Positions 26,268 through 34,779 of a DNA stretch of 64,000 bases are shown piece after piece. Made by a program: the position numbers and the translations under genes. The stretch spans positions 5,590 through 69,589 of the forward strand of contig JANQJO010000022.1 of the NCBI GenBank assembly GCA_028281605.1. The letters are read 5' to 3'. Below the pieces are notes generated by a model. The model was not told the origin of the DNA. It saw only the letters and a program-made list of their open reading frames with translations, and searched no databases. The first letter of the stretch is position 1, and the number at the start of each line of letters is the position of its first letter. This stretch comes from Pseudomonadales bacterium. Lineage in GTDB: Bacteria; Pseudomonadota; Gammaproteobacteria; Pseudomonadales; JANQJO01.

Positions 26268-27581
26268 ATGGAAGCAATACTTGATTCTTTACCTCCCATT
26301 CGAACCTCTGTAAAGCAGCCCATTTTAATCGGTTCATTCATCTTACTGATTTTTGTTGGTGGGTTTGGGCTTTGGTCATTTGTAGCAGATTTATCCAGTG
26401 GTATCTTGGCACTTGGTACAGTCAAAGTTGATACGCACAGAAAACAAATACAACACTTAGAAGGAGGGATAGTTGATGAGATTTTGGTGCGAGACGGTGA
26501 TACTGTAAAAATCAATCAAACGCTTGTGCGTCTTAATAAAACGCGAGCAGGGACTTCTTTGGCCTTGGTGCGTCAAAGTTTGGATACGGCGTTGGCGCAA
26601 AAAGCCCGTTTGTTGGCGGAGCAAAATGATGAAAAGTTGGTTTTTTCTAATGATTTCAGTGTGCGTCAAAATCCTAAGATGCTTCAAATTTTGCGTTCGC
26701 AACAGCAGCTGTTTGCAGCACGTCGAGCTTCTTTGCAAGGGCAAATCGCAATATTAGATCAGCAAGTTGTTTATTTGCAGGAACAAATTCAAGGGTTGGA
26801 TGCGCAGCAGTTGGCAAAAGCTGCACAAGTGGAGTCTATTGAAGGTGAGCTTTTGGGGTTACAAAAATTATTGGATAAAGGCATGATTGGCCAAACCCGA
26901 GTGTTAGAGTTAAAGCGTGATAAGGCTGAGTTAGAGGGTGAGCGAGGTGAATTGCTTTCACAAATAGCGGCGGCTCGTTCCAGCATTAGTGAAAAAGAGT
27001 TGGAAAAGTTTCAGATCAGAAAAAATTTCAAAGAATCAGTGTCCTCAGAATTAAAAGAAGTGCAAACGGAGATTCATGACTTTACAGAGCGCTTATTGGC
27101 AGCTGAACATGTCTATGAGCAAACTGAGCTAAAGTCTCCTGTAGATGGCGTGGTGGTGGGTTCTGGTGTACACACATTGGGAGGTGTGATCGCACCTGGG
27201 GCCGTGCTAATGGAAATTGTTCCGGTTAATGATCGTTTGGTGATAGAAGCGGCGGTGATACCTAAAGATATTGACAATGTGCAAGTTGGGCTTGAAGCGG
27301 GTATTCAATTTTCGGCTTTTAGTCAGCACGAAGCTCCACAAATTTTAGGTAAAGTGACTTATATTGCTGCAGATATCTTAGAGAATGAAAAAACAGGTGA
27401 ATTATATTATAAGGCAAAAATAGAAGTAGATGATGATCAGATTGCTCGACTGGGTCAAGAACGTAAAATTTTACCCGGTATGATGGCTGATGTTATTATT
27501 TTTACGGGTAGCCGTCGACCTATTGACTATTTATTAGAGCCTTTGGTTGTTAGTTTTCGTAAAGCTTGGCGGGAAACATAA
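26268..27581 (+). CDS. HlyD-family type I secretion membrane fusion protein
   Basis: 437 aa with an N-terminal TM anchor, a long coiled-coil (LQGQIAILDQQVVYLQEQIQGLDAQQ...) and the C-terminal beta-barrel motif KILPGMMADVIIFTGSRRPIDYLLEPL. Confidence 0.9.
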   Translation: MEAILDSLPPIRTSVKQPILIGSFILLIFVGGFGLWSFVADLSSGILALGTVKVDTHRKQIQHLEGGIVDEILVRDGDTVKINQTLVRLNKTRAGTSLALVRQSLDTALAQKARLLAEQNDEKLVFSNDFSVRQNPKMLQILRSQQQLFAARRASLQGQIAILDQQVVYLQEQIQGLDAQQLAKAAQVESIEGELLGLQKLLDKGMIGQTRVLELKRDKAELEGERGELLSQIAAARSSISEKELEKFQIRKNFKESVSSELKEVQTEIHDFTERLLAAEHVYEQTELKSPVDGVVVGSGVHTLGGVIAPGAVLMEIVPVNDRLVIEAAVIPKDIDNVQVGLEAGIQFSAFSQHEAPQILGKVTYIAADILENEKTGELYYKAKIEVDDDQIARLGQERKILPGMMADVIIFTGSRRPIDYLLEPLVVSFRKAWRET

Positions 27582-27702
27582 TTATACTTTGTTTTTTGTA
27601 GTTTGCTTTTTTCTGACTGTAGATTTTGCTAAATTATTCATCTTAGGATTTAGCAATAAATGGCTCTTTCGGATTTCGTGGTTTTAAGTTTACTTGATTA
27701 TT

Positions 27703-28161
27703 TCATTGGTTGTTTTTGCCAAAGCTCACCGGTTGTGGTAGCAAGTCCTTTGCATCACAGTGAGTTGAAAGCTCTGCTAAAGTGATGGTTTTGAGAAAAT
27801 TCATCACAATCTCATTAATGGAATTGAGTGGGGTTTTGAGTGCGCAAGTTTCCTCAAGGTCGCAGCTGCCGCTGTTTTGGCTGCACTCGGTCATGCGGAT
27901 GGGGCCTTCAATAGCCTCGATAATTTCTGCAACGGAAATGTCCTCGGCTGACCGATTGACTTGATAACCGCCATTGGCTCCTCGGTAAGAGGCGATGACC
28001 TTAGCATCCACAAGATGCTTTAACAGCTTGCGTACAGTAGCAAGCGGTAAGTGGGTGCCGGTAGCAATGCTTTCCATGCGCAGTTTCTCATCTTCTTTTT
28101 GTTGTAACAAAAAGTGAGTGATCAAAAGGCCGTAATCTGTCAGTTTGCTGAGTCTGAGCAC
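27703..28161 (-). CDS. Rrf2-family (IscR/SufR-like) Fe-S cluster regulator, divergent from the suf operon
   Basis: N-terminus MLRLSKLTDYGLLITHFL with a winged-helix region. C-terminal Cys cluster ECSQNSGSCDLEETC. It is positioned head-to-head with sufB. Confidence 0.85.
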   Translation of the reverse strand: MLRLSKLTDYGLLITHFLLQQKEDEKLRMESIATGTHLPLATVRKLLKHLVDAKVIASYRGANGGYQVNRSAEDISVAEIIEAIEGPIRMTECSQNSGSCDLEETCALKTPLNSINEIVMNFLKTITLAELSTHCDAKDLLPQPVSFGKNNQ

Positions 28162-28199
28162 GGAATTATGCCTAAAACTTGATTTTTAACTTTAGGTAA

Positions 28200-28233
28200 A
28201 TTAGTATGCGACTAATCTATACTGATTTAGTAT
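28200..28233. promoter_or_regulatory. Two adjacent palindromes in the Rrf2-sufB divergent promoter region; candidate Rrf2 operators
   Basis: ATTAGT-ATGCG-ACTAAT at 28200-28216 and ATACT-GATTT-AGTAT at 28219-28233. Both share the AGTAT/ATACT half-site. Confidence 0.4.
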
Positions 28234-28346
28234 GGATTGGTTTGTTATCATAGCATAGAGAACTCCTGATCTGGGTGCAAGTAACAGACCGTAATTTTGA
28301 TCATTTAATCTTATATTGCAACGATAACAGTTATGGAGAGTTTGGT

Positions 28347-29798
28347 GTGGCTGAGCCAATACAATCTGTTGTAGATCAAAAGCTTGCGCAAGAGTACGCG
28401 CATGGTTTTGTCACTGAAGTTGAGACAGAGTCTCTACCGCCAGGGCTAAATGAAGGCATTATTCGGGCGTTGTCGGCGAAGAAAAATGAGCCTGAGTTTA
28501 TGCTGCAATGGCGTCTGCAAGCCTATCAGGCATGGTTAAAAATGTCGCACCCACAGTGGTCGCACGTGCAGTTTCCTGAGATCGACTTTAACACTATTAC
28601 TTATTACAGTGCACCTAAGTCCCTAAGTGACGGTCCCAAAAGTTTGGATGAAGTAGATCCTGAATTACTTAGGACTTACGATAAACTTGGCATTCCGTTG
28701 CATGAGCGTGAACGTTTGGCTGGAGTGGCCGTTGATGCAGTCTTCGACAGTGTTTCGGTTGCCACTACCTTTAAAGAGACTTTGGGAAAAGCCGGTGTGA
28801 TTTTTTGCCCCATCTCTGAGGCTGTGCAAAAGCATCCTGAGTTGATTCAAAAATATTTAGGTACAGTTGTGCCGCAAAAAGACAATTTTTATGCCGCGCT
28901 TAACTCTGCAGTTTTCAGTGATGGCTCCTTTGTTTATATTCCCGAAGGAGTGCGTTGTCCGTTAGAGTTGTCTACTTATTTTCGTATTAATGCTTTAAAT
29001 ACGGGTCAATTTGAGAGAACGTTGATTGTTGCTGATAAGGGCAGCTATGTCAGTTATCTGGAAGGTTGTACGGCACCCATGCGTGACGAAAACCAATTGC
29101 ATGCTGCGGTGGTAGAGCTTGTTGCGTTAGAGGATGCTGAAATTAAGTACTCGACTGTACAAAACTGGTATCCAGGTGATGCAAACGGTAAAGGCGGCAT
29201 TTATAATTTTGTGACCAAGCGTGGCGTGTGTGCCGGTGATCGCGCTAAAATTTCTTGGACGCAGGTAGAGACCGGCTCTGCGATTACGTGGAAGTACCCC
29301 AGTGTGGTGTTGCGTGGCAATGACAGCGTTGGTGAGTTTTACTCTGTGGCTTTGACTAAGCACCATCAACAAGCTGATACTGGCACTAAAATGATACACT
29401 TGGGGCGTAATACTAAAAGTACAATTCTTTCCAAGGGGATTTCAGCTGGCCTCAGTCAAAATACCTATCGTGGATTGGTGCGTATGTCTCCAACCGCGCG
29501 TCAGGCACACAGTTATACCCAATGCGATTCGTTATTAATTGGGGACACTTGTGGCGCTCATACCTTTCCTTATATTGAATGTCGGCAGCCGGATGCCAAA
29601 ATTGAACATGAAGCCGTCACCTCGAAAATTGCAGATGAACAACTTTTATATTGTCAGCAAAGAGGTTTATCGCAAGAAGAAGCCGTAGCCACGATTGTGA
29701 ATGGATTTTGTCGACAAGTGTTTGAACAGTTACCGATGGAGTTTGCCGTTGAGGCGCAAAAATTAATGGAAGTCAGTCTAGAAGGCAGTGTTGGCTAG
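28347..29798 (+). CDS. sufB: Fe-S cluster assembly scaffold SufB
   Basis: Strongly SufB-like throughout (...[38 protein letters not shown]...). The ORF-track start at 28275 adds about 24 non-conserved residues. The GTG at 28347 (VAEPIQS...) gives the usual length of about 483 aa, but the start is uncertain. Confidence 0.9.
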   Translation: MAEPIQSVVDQKLAQEYAHGFVTEVETESLPPGLNEGIIRALSAKKNEPEFMLQWRLQAYQAWLKMSHPQWSHVQFPEIDFNTITYYSAPKSLSDGPKSLDEVDPELLRTYDKLGIPLHERERLAGVAVDAVFDSVSVATTFKETLGKAGVIFCPISEAVQKHPELIQKYLGTVVPQKDNFYAALNSAVFSDGSFVYIPEGVRCPLELSTYFRINALNTGQFERTLIVADKGSYVSYLEGCTAPMRDENQLHAAVVELVALEDAEIKYSTVQNWYPGDANGKGGIYNFVTKRGVCAGDRAKISWTQVETGSAITWKYPSVVLRGNDSVGEFYSVALTKHHQQADTGTKMIHLGRNTKSTILSKGISAGLSQNTYRGLVRMSPTARQAHSYTQCDSLLIGDTCGAHTFPYIECRQPDAKIEHEAVTSKIADEQLLYCQQRGLSQEEAVATIVNGFCRQVFEQLPMEFAVEAQKLMEVSLEGSVG

Positions 29799-29813
29799 CA
29801 GTGTTGGTTAAGA

Positions 29814-29969
29814 GCCTGTTAAGAAACAGCCATGAGTGATGTAATCTTCGTCACCCCAGGTGATGAAAATTACATTTGCACGGTAAATAACTTTTATATT
29901 TAGAGCGGATGTATGTCTGAGCGAAGCGAGTTCAGAAGCGGCAAATGTAAAAGTTATTTCTTAACAGGC
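29814..29969. repeat. Composite roughly 156-bp palindromic (MITE/BIME-like) element inserted between sufB and sufC
   Basis: Outer 13-bp inverted repeat GCCTGTTAAGAAA (29814-29826) / TTTCTTAACAGGC (29957-29969). Inside are hairpin-family copy B (29822-29890) and a second module with arms 29885-29896 / 29948-29959 around a 41-nt core (29902-29942). That core is 37/41 identical to the reverse complement of 41789-41829. Confidence 0.8.
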
Positions 29970-30003
29970 CCTAAGGTATATTCAAAGTGATATAGAGAGC
30001 GTT

Positions 30004-30741
30004 ATGTTAAAAATTAAAAATCTTGGAGTAGAAGTTGAAGGTAAAGCCATTTTATCTGGTTTGACTATGGATATTGGGTCTGGTCAGGTCCATGCGCTCA
30101 TGGGGCCTAACGGTTCGGGTAAAAGCACTTTAAGTCGGGCTTTAATTGGAGATGAGCAATACAGTGTCACGCAGGGTAGTATTGAGTATCTAGGTCAAAA
30201 CTTATTGGAGATGCCAGTGGAAGAGCGTGCTAAACAAGGGGTTTTTTTGAGTTTTCAATATCCGGTGGCGATTCCTGGAGTGAGTAATATTCAGTTTTTG
30301 AAGGCCTCTGTGAATCAGGTTCGTGTCAGTCAGGGGTTTGAGCCTTTGGATGCCATGGATGTACTTGAGCAGGCTAAAGCTGTATTTGCTGAGGTAGGTT
30401 TGGACGAAAGTTTTATCAGCCGACCAGTGAATGAAGGCTTTTCTGGTGGTGAAAAAAAGCGTAATGAATTGGCGCAAATGTTGCTGTTGCAACCGAGGCT
30501 GGTGATTTTAGATGAAATAGACTCTGGCTTAGATGTTGATGCTTTGCGTATTGTGGCCCAATGTGTTGAAAAGCTTAAAGCGACTGGCACGGCTTTTTTG
30601 ATTGTGACGCACTATCAAAGATTGTTAGATCATGTGAATCCCGATAAAGTGCATATTTTAATGCAGGGTAATATTCATAAGTCTGGCAGTGCAGATTTGG
30701 CGAAACAGTTAGAGCAGCAAGGCTATCAAGCGTTAGCGTGA
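30004..30741 (+). CDS. sufC: Fe-S cluster assembly ATPase SufC
   Basis: Walker A GPNGSGKST, signature FSGGEKKR, Walker B LVILDEIDSGLD. 245 aa. Confidence 0.93.
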   Translation: MLKIKNLGVEVEGKAILSGLTMDIGSGQVHALMGPNGSGKSTLSRALIGDEQYSVTQGSIEYLGQNLLEMPVEERAKQGVFLSFQYPVAIPGVSNIQFLKASVNQVRVSQGFEPLDAMDVLEQAKAVFAEVGLDESFISRPVNEGFSGGEKKRNELAQMLLLQPRLVILDEIDSGLDVDALRIVAQCVEKLKATGTAFLIVTHYQRLLDHVNPDKVHILMQGNIHKSGSADLAKQLEQQGYQALA

Positions 30742-30745
30742 TGAA

Positions 30746-32128
30746 ATGGAAGTAAGACCAATAGAGGTAATGAAAACAGTGCAACAAGATGAAGCTTACA
30801 TTGAATCTTTCAATCGAACCGTTTCAGAGAGCCGTGTTCAAGCTCAGTCTGTGCCATGGTTACACGCTTTACTCTCTGAATCGGCTGATAGCTTTCAGCG
30901 TTCGGGTTTGCCCAAGTCTTGGCATGAGCGATGGAAATACACGCCTTTGCAGCAGTTTATTATGCCTGATCATTTCAAGCTTAGCGAAACAATGGGCGTA
31001 GTGGCGTCGGTTGCAGCAACGCACCCGTTGGTGCATGAAAACGCTTTACGTTTGAATATGGTGGCCGGTCAAATATCTGCTGCAGAATTGGAACGTATGA
31101 ATGCCGTGCAAGGTGTGCGTTTGTGTCGTGCTTCTCAGTTGGATATGCAGGTGGATGCGGCGTTGATTGAGGGTACACAAACTGCTTTGCAAGGGGCACA
31201 ATCGGAAGGTGATGGCTTAATTGCGGCCAGTATTGCATTAAGCCAAGATCCCTGGGTGTTGGTAATAGAAAAAGATTTTACGGCAGAGTTCCCTTTACAG
31301 CTGGTGTATCAGTTTCCCTCAACTGTGCCTGTAGCAGGTTCTTATGTAACTTTGATGACGCATATTAATACGCGTCAGCCAGTCAAGTTGTTGGAAACGT
31401 TTATTGGTAGTAAGTCGCTTGGCAATACGTTTCAAAGCTGTGTGCATAATATTCGACTTCATCCTGGTTCTAGCTTAGAGCATGTTCGAATGTTCGCTCT
31501 AGAGTCAGATGATAAGATACAGCATTATGTACAGATGCATCAGGAGAAAGACAGTGTTTATCATGCAGGGGGCTTGTCCTTGCAGGGGGGATTTATCAGG
31601 CAATTTACAGCTGTAGATTTACAGGCAAGTGGTGCTGAATGCCAAGTAAAAGGTTTGTATCTGAGTAAAGATCGAGAGCATCACGATACGCGAGTGGTAT
31701 TGAACCATAAGGCGCCTCATTGTCAAAGTCAGTCGCTGTATAAAGGCATTATACAAAATGCAGCTAAAGCGGTTTTTAATGGGCGTATTCATATCTTTCC
31801 TCAAGCCTCTGGTTCTGATGGGTCATTACAAAATCGTAACTTATTGTTACACTCTACGGCTCAGATTAATACAAAACCTGAGTTAGAAATTTATAATGAT
31901 GCTGTAAAATGTGCCCATGGCGCTACGGTCAGTCAGCTGGATGAAACGGAGCTTTTGTATTTACGCGCACGTGGTTTGTCACAAGTACAGGCCACTCAAC
32001 TGTTGTTGGAAAGCTTTGTCCTAGAAGTCATGAACCAGTTTTCTGCAGAAGTTTTACCTGTGGGTTTTATAGAGTATTTGCAGACTGTCATGGCTGTGCA
32101 GCTTGAGGGGCATGGTCATGACTTATAA
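30746..32128 (+). CDS. sufD: Fe-S cluster assembly protein SufD
   Basis: Position after sufC, plus the C-terminal SufB/D-family block LLLHSTAQINTKPELEIYNDAVKCAHGATVSQLDETELLYLRARGL. The start may instead be the ATG at 30770. Confidence 0.85.
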   Translation: MEVRPIEVMKTVQQDEAYIESFNRTVSESRVQAQSVPWLHALLSESADSFQRSGLPKSWHERWKYTPLQQFIMPDHFKLSETMGVVASVAATHPLVHENALRLNMVAGQISAAELERMNAVQGVRLCRASQLDMQVDAALIEGTQTALQGAQSEGDGLIAASIALSQDPWVLVIEKDFTAEFPLQLVYQFPSTVPVAGSYVTLMTHINTRQPVKLLETFIGSKSLGNTFQSCVHNIRLHPGSSLEHVRMFALESDDKIQHYVQMHQEKDSVYHAGGLSLQGGFIRQFTAVDLQASGAECQVKGLYLSKDREHHDTRVVLNHKAPHCQSQSLYKGIIQNAAKAVFNGRIHIFPQASGSDGSLQNRNLLLHSTAQINTKPELEIYNDAVKCAHGATVSQLDETELLYLRARGLSQVQATQLLLESFVLEVMNQFSAEVLPVGFIEYLQTVMAVQLEGHGHDL

Positions 32129-33347
32129 TCATTTTGATGTGCAAGCCGTACGTCAAGATTTCCCGATTTTAGCACGTAAAGTGCATGGGCGTCCGCTGGT
32201 TTATTTGGACAATGCAGCCACAACGCAAAAACCGCATGCTGTGATTGAGGCTGTGAGTCAGTATTACAAATCTTACAATGCCAATGTGCACCGTGGGCTG
32301 CATGCTTTGAGTGAAGAAGCGACTGCAGCCATGGAAACAGCTCGTGGGCGAGTGCGTCGATTCTTAAATGCGGCCAATGATCGTACGATTGTTTTTACTA
32401 AAGGTACAACGGAGTCTTTAAATTTATTGGCCAGTGTTTTTGGGCAGAGTTATGTGGGTGAGGGTGATGAAATTATCATTACTCATATGGAGCATCATTC
32501 TAATATTGTTCCTTGGCAATTATTGTGTGAACGAGTTGGAGCCACACTTAAAGTGGTCCCTGTGAATGACGAAGGCGTGCTCGAGCTGGATGCTTATGAG
32601 AATTTGTTCACGGCTAAAACGCGCTTGGTCAGTGTGGTTCATGTATCGAATACCTTAGGCACCCTTAATCCAGTGAAGCAGATGGTGCAAATGGCACATG
32701 CTCGAGGGGTTCCTGTGATTTTAGATGGTGCGCAGGCTGTATCGCATGTACCTGTTGATGTCCAGGAGTTAGATTGTGATTTTTATGCGTTTTCTGGACA
32801 CAAATTGTTTGCGCCAACAGGTATTGGGGTCTTATACGGTAAAGAGCATTGGTTGGAGCAGCTACCTCCGTATCAAGGGGGAGGGGACATGATACGCACG
32901 GTGCGCTTTAGTGGTTCTACCTATGCAGATTTACCTCATAAGTTTGAAGCTGGAACGCCACCCATTGCTGGTGCTATTGGTTTAGGCAATGCAATAGAGT
33001 ACTTCAATCAATTTTCTTATGCAGATATTCAAGCGCATGAATCGGCCTTGTTAAAACTGGCACAAGAGCGCTTGTCACAAATGCCGGATATTAGAGTACT
33101 GGGCCAAGCGCCATTAAAATGTTCGGTGATATCTCTATATTGTGAACAAGTACACCCACATGATTTAAGTACTTTGTTAGACTTTGAAGGCGTTGCGATT
33201 CGGGCAGGCCACCATTGTAATATGCCGTTGATGGAGCGTTTTGAGCTTCCGGCAACGGTTAGAGCTTCGTTTGCTTTTTATAATACACTTGAAGAAGTCA
33301 ATGTGTTTTTTGATGCTTTGACCCAGGTACGGAGGTCGTTTCAATGA
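32118..33347 (+). CDS. sufS: Cysteine desulfurase SufS (group II)
   Basis: DFPIL...YLDNAATTQKP, PLP-lysine region FSGHKLFAPTGIGVLYG, active-site region RAGHHCNMPL. The start overlaps the sufD stop. The alternatives at 32103 and 32112 are less likely. Confidence 0.92.
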   Translation: MTYNHFDVQAVRQDFPILARKVHGRPLVYLDNAATTQKPHAVIEAVSQYYKSYNANVHRGLHALSEEATAAMETARGRVRRFLNAANDRTIVFTKGTTESLNLLASVFGQSYVGEGDEIIITHMEHHSNIVPWQLLCERVGATLKVVPVNDEGVLELDAYENLFTAKTRLVSVVHVSNTLGTLNPVKQMVQMAHARGVPVILDGAQAVSHVPVDVQELDCDFYAFSGHKLFAPTGIGVLYGKEHWLEQLPPYQGGGDMIRTVRFSGSTYADLPHKFEAGTPPIAGAIGLGNAIEYFNQFSYADIQAHESALLKLAQERLSQMPDIRVLGQAPLKCSVISLYCEQVHPHDLSTLLDFEGVAIRAGHHCNMPLMERFELPATVRASFAFYNTLEEVNVFFDALTQVRRSFQ

Positions 33348-33799
33348 GAGATGAACTGCGTGCCTTGTATCAGGAAACGATTCTCGATCATGGTCGTCAG
33401 CCTCGCAACTTCCGTAATTTACCAGCTTGTACACATACCCAGGAAGGTTTTAACCCTGTGTGTGGTGATAAGCTAACAGTATTTTTACAAATTGAGTCTG
33501 GAGTGGTGAAAGACGTATCGTTTCAAGGATCAGGTTGTGCTATTTCTATGGCTTCTGCTTCTTTAATGACGCAAGAAATTAAAGGCAAGCCAGTTGAGGA
33601 AGTGCAGTATTTATTTGATCAGTTTCGCATGTTTATGACGCAAGAAACTGAAGACAATCTTTGTCAAAAAACAAAATTGAAAGTGTTGGCGGGTGTTAAA
33701 GCGTTTCCAGGTAGAGTTAAATGTGCTACTTTGGCTTGGCATACGTTAGACTGTGCTCTTAATGATGTGGGTGAAAGTCTGCCTGTTTGTACGGAATAG
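33344..33799 (+). CDS. sufU: SufU / NifU-N-terminal-type sulfur acceptor or scaffold
   Basis: NPVCGDKLTVFL, GSGCAISMASASLMTQEIKGK and PGRVKCATLAWHTL are close to Bacillus-type SufU. Its ATGA overlaps the sufS stop. Confidence 0.85.
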   Translation: MRDELRALYQETILDHGRQPRNFRNLPACTHTQEGFNPVCGDKLTVFLQIESGVVKDVSFQGSGCAISMASASLMTQEIKGKPVEEVQYLFDQFRMFMTQETEDNLCQKTKLKVLAGVKAFPGRVKCATLAWHTLDCALNDVGESLPVCTE

Positions 33800-33865
33800 T
33801 GATAAAGTAAGATGTGAGTATTGTGATTGTTATGAGTATAATGAGGAGGCTAAAGGAGATTTTTT

Positions 33866-34231
33866 GTGTCGATCGTTAAGCAATACAATCCAGAAGATCC
33901 CGTTCAAGTCACTGCTGAAGCTAAAGCGCACTTTTTGAAGCGGGTTAAAGTGGATCCGGATTGTGCTGGGGTGCGTGTCACTGTAAAAGAAAGTGGGTGC
34001 TCTGGTTATCAATACGCTATTGATTATGTGAAAGCAGTTGATGCAAATGATTTGAGAGTAGCCTTGGATGCGAACAATCAATTGTACGTTGATGCTAACG
34101 CTTTACCTATTTTGAAGGGTACAGTGATACATTTAGTTAAAGAGGGTTTAAATGAGTCCGTCCAATTCCAAAATCCCAACGTTAAATCTCGATGCGGGTG
34201 CGGAGAAAGTTTTTCCATCGAAGCAAGCTAA
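33866..34231 (+). CDS. sufA: A-type Fe-S carrier (IscA/SufA/HesB family)
   Basis: 121 aa with a GTG start preceded by AAGGAG. Contains GCSGYQY and the C-terminal CGCGESF motif. Confidence 0.88.
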   Translation: MSIVKQYNPEDPVQVTAEAKAHFLKRVKVDPDCAGVRVTVKESGCSGYQYAIDYVKAVDANDLRVALDANNQLYVDANALPILKGTVIHLVKEGLNESVQFQNPNVKSRCGCGESFSIEAS

Positions 34232-34748
34232 TTCAAACGCTCAGCTTATTCGTGACTGCACGGGTATTTTAATTCCAGCAGGTCAGTTGATTGATTTATC
34301 TGCGGGCACTGCCTTTAAAATGACACAAGATTTAGGGTCAGCTTACACCATTGCAGTGGGGGGGCAGCTGGTTAGAGTCAGTGGAGAGGATGGAGATGCG
34401 TTGCAGCAACCGAAAAAAGGTTTATTAGACGCCCAGCTTGCTGAGCTGACTTTGTCCAAAGCCAGTGTGGAAAAAGTATTGAAAACCGTGTTTGATCCGG
34501 AGATTCCGGTGAATATTTTTGACTTGGGTTTGGTCTATCGTGTAGAGGTGACAGAAAGCGCTGTGCAAGTTGATTTAACCTTGACAGCACCTGGTTGTGG
34601 TATGGGTGAGGTTTTGGTGCGGGAAGTTGAGCAAAAATTGGATAAAATTCCAGGCTGTCATTCTGTTACTGTTCGTTTGGTTTTTGATCCACCCTGGGAT
34701 CGTAGTAGGTTGTCGATGGCGGCTCAATTGGAGTTGGGTCTTTTGTGA
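34152..34748 (+). CDS. sufT: SufT-like (long form, DUF59-containing) Fe-S assembly protein
   Basis: N-domain LIRDCTGILIPAGQLIDLSAGTAFKMTQDLGSAYTI and DUF59 core VFDPEIPVNIFDLGLVYRVEV...LTLTAPGCGMG. The only in-frame start is the ATG at 34152, which overlaps sufA by 80 nt in another frame. Confidence 0.75.
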   Translation: MSPSNSKIPTLNLDAGAEKVFPSKQANSNAQLIRDCTGILIPAGQLIDLSAGTAFKMTQDLGSAYTIAVGGQLVRVSGEDGDALQQPKKGLLDAQLAELTLSKASVEKVLKTVFDPEIPVNIFDLGLVYRVEVTESAVQVDLTLTAPGCGMGEVLVREVEQKLDKIPGCHSVTVRLVFDPPWDRSRLSMAAQLELGLL

Positions 34749-34779
34749 TCGATTTATTCGTAAGGGACAAGAGTATACT

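Noticed and set aside
28275-28346. ORF-track start for sufB at 28275 ([24 protein letters not shown]...).
   Set aside because: The extra 24 residues are not SufB-like, and the segment lies within the promoter/operator region. The GTG at 28347 fits the conserved N-terminus better, though this is unproven.
34597-34779. ORF-track start for the M23 peptidase at 34597 (347 aa).
   Set aside because: The extension overlaps the 3' end of the SufT-like gene and encodes Trp-, Cys- and Arg-rich nonsense. The ATG at 34780 gives a proper signal-peptide-like N-terminus.
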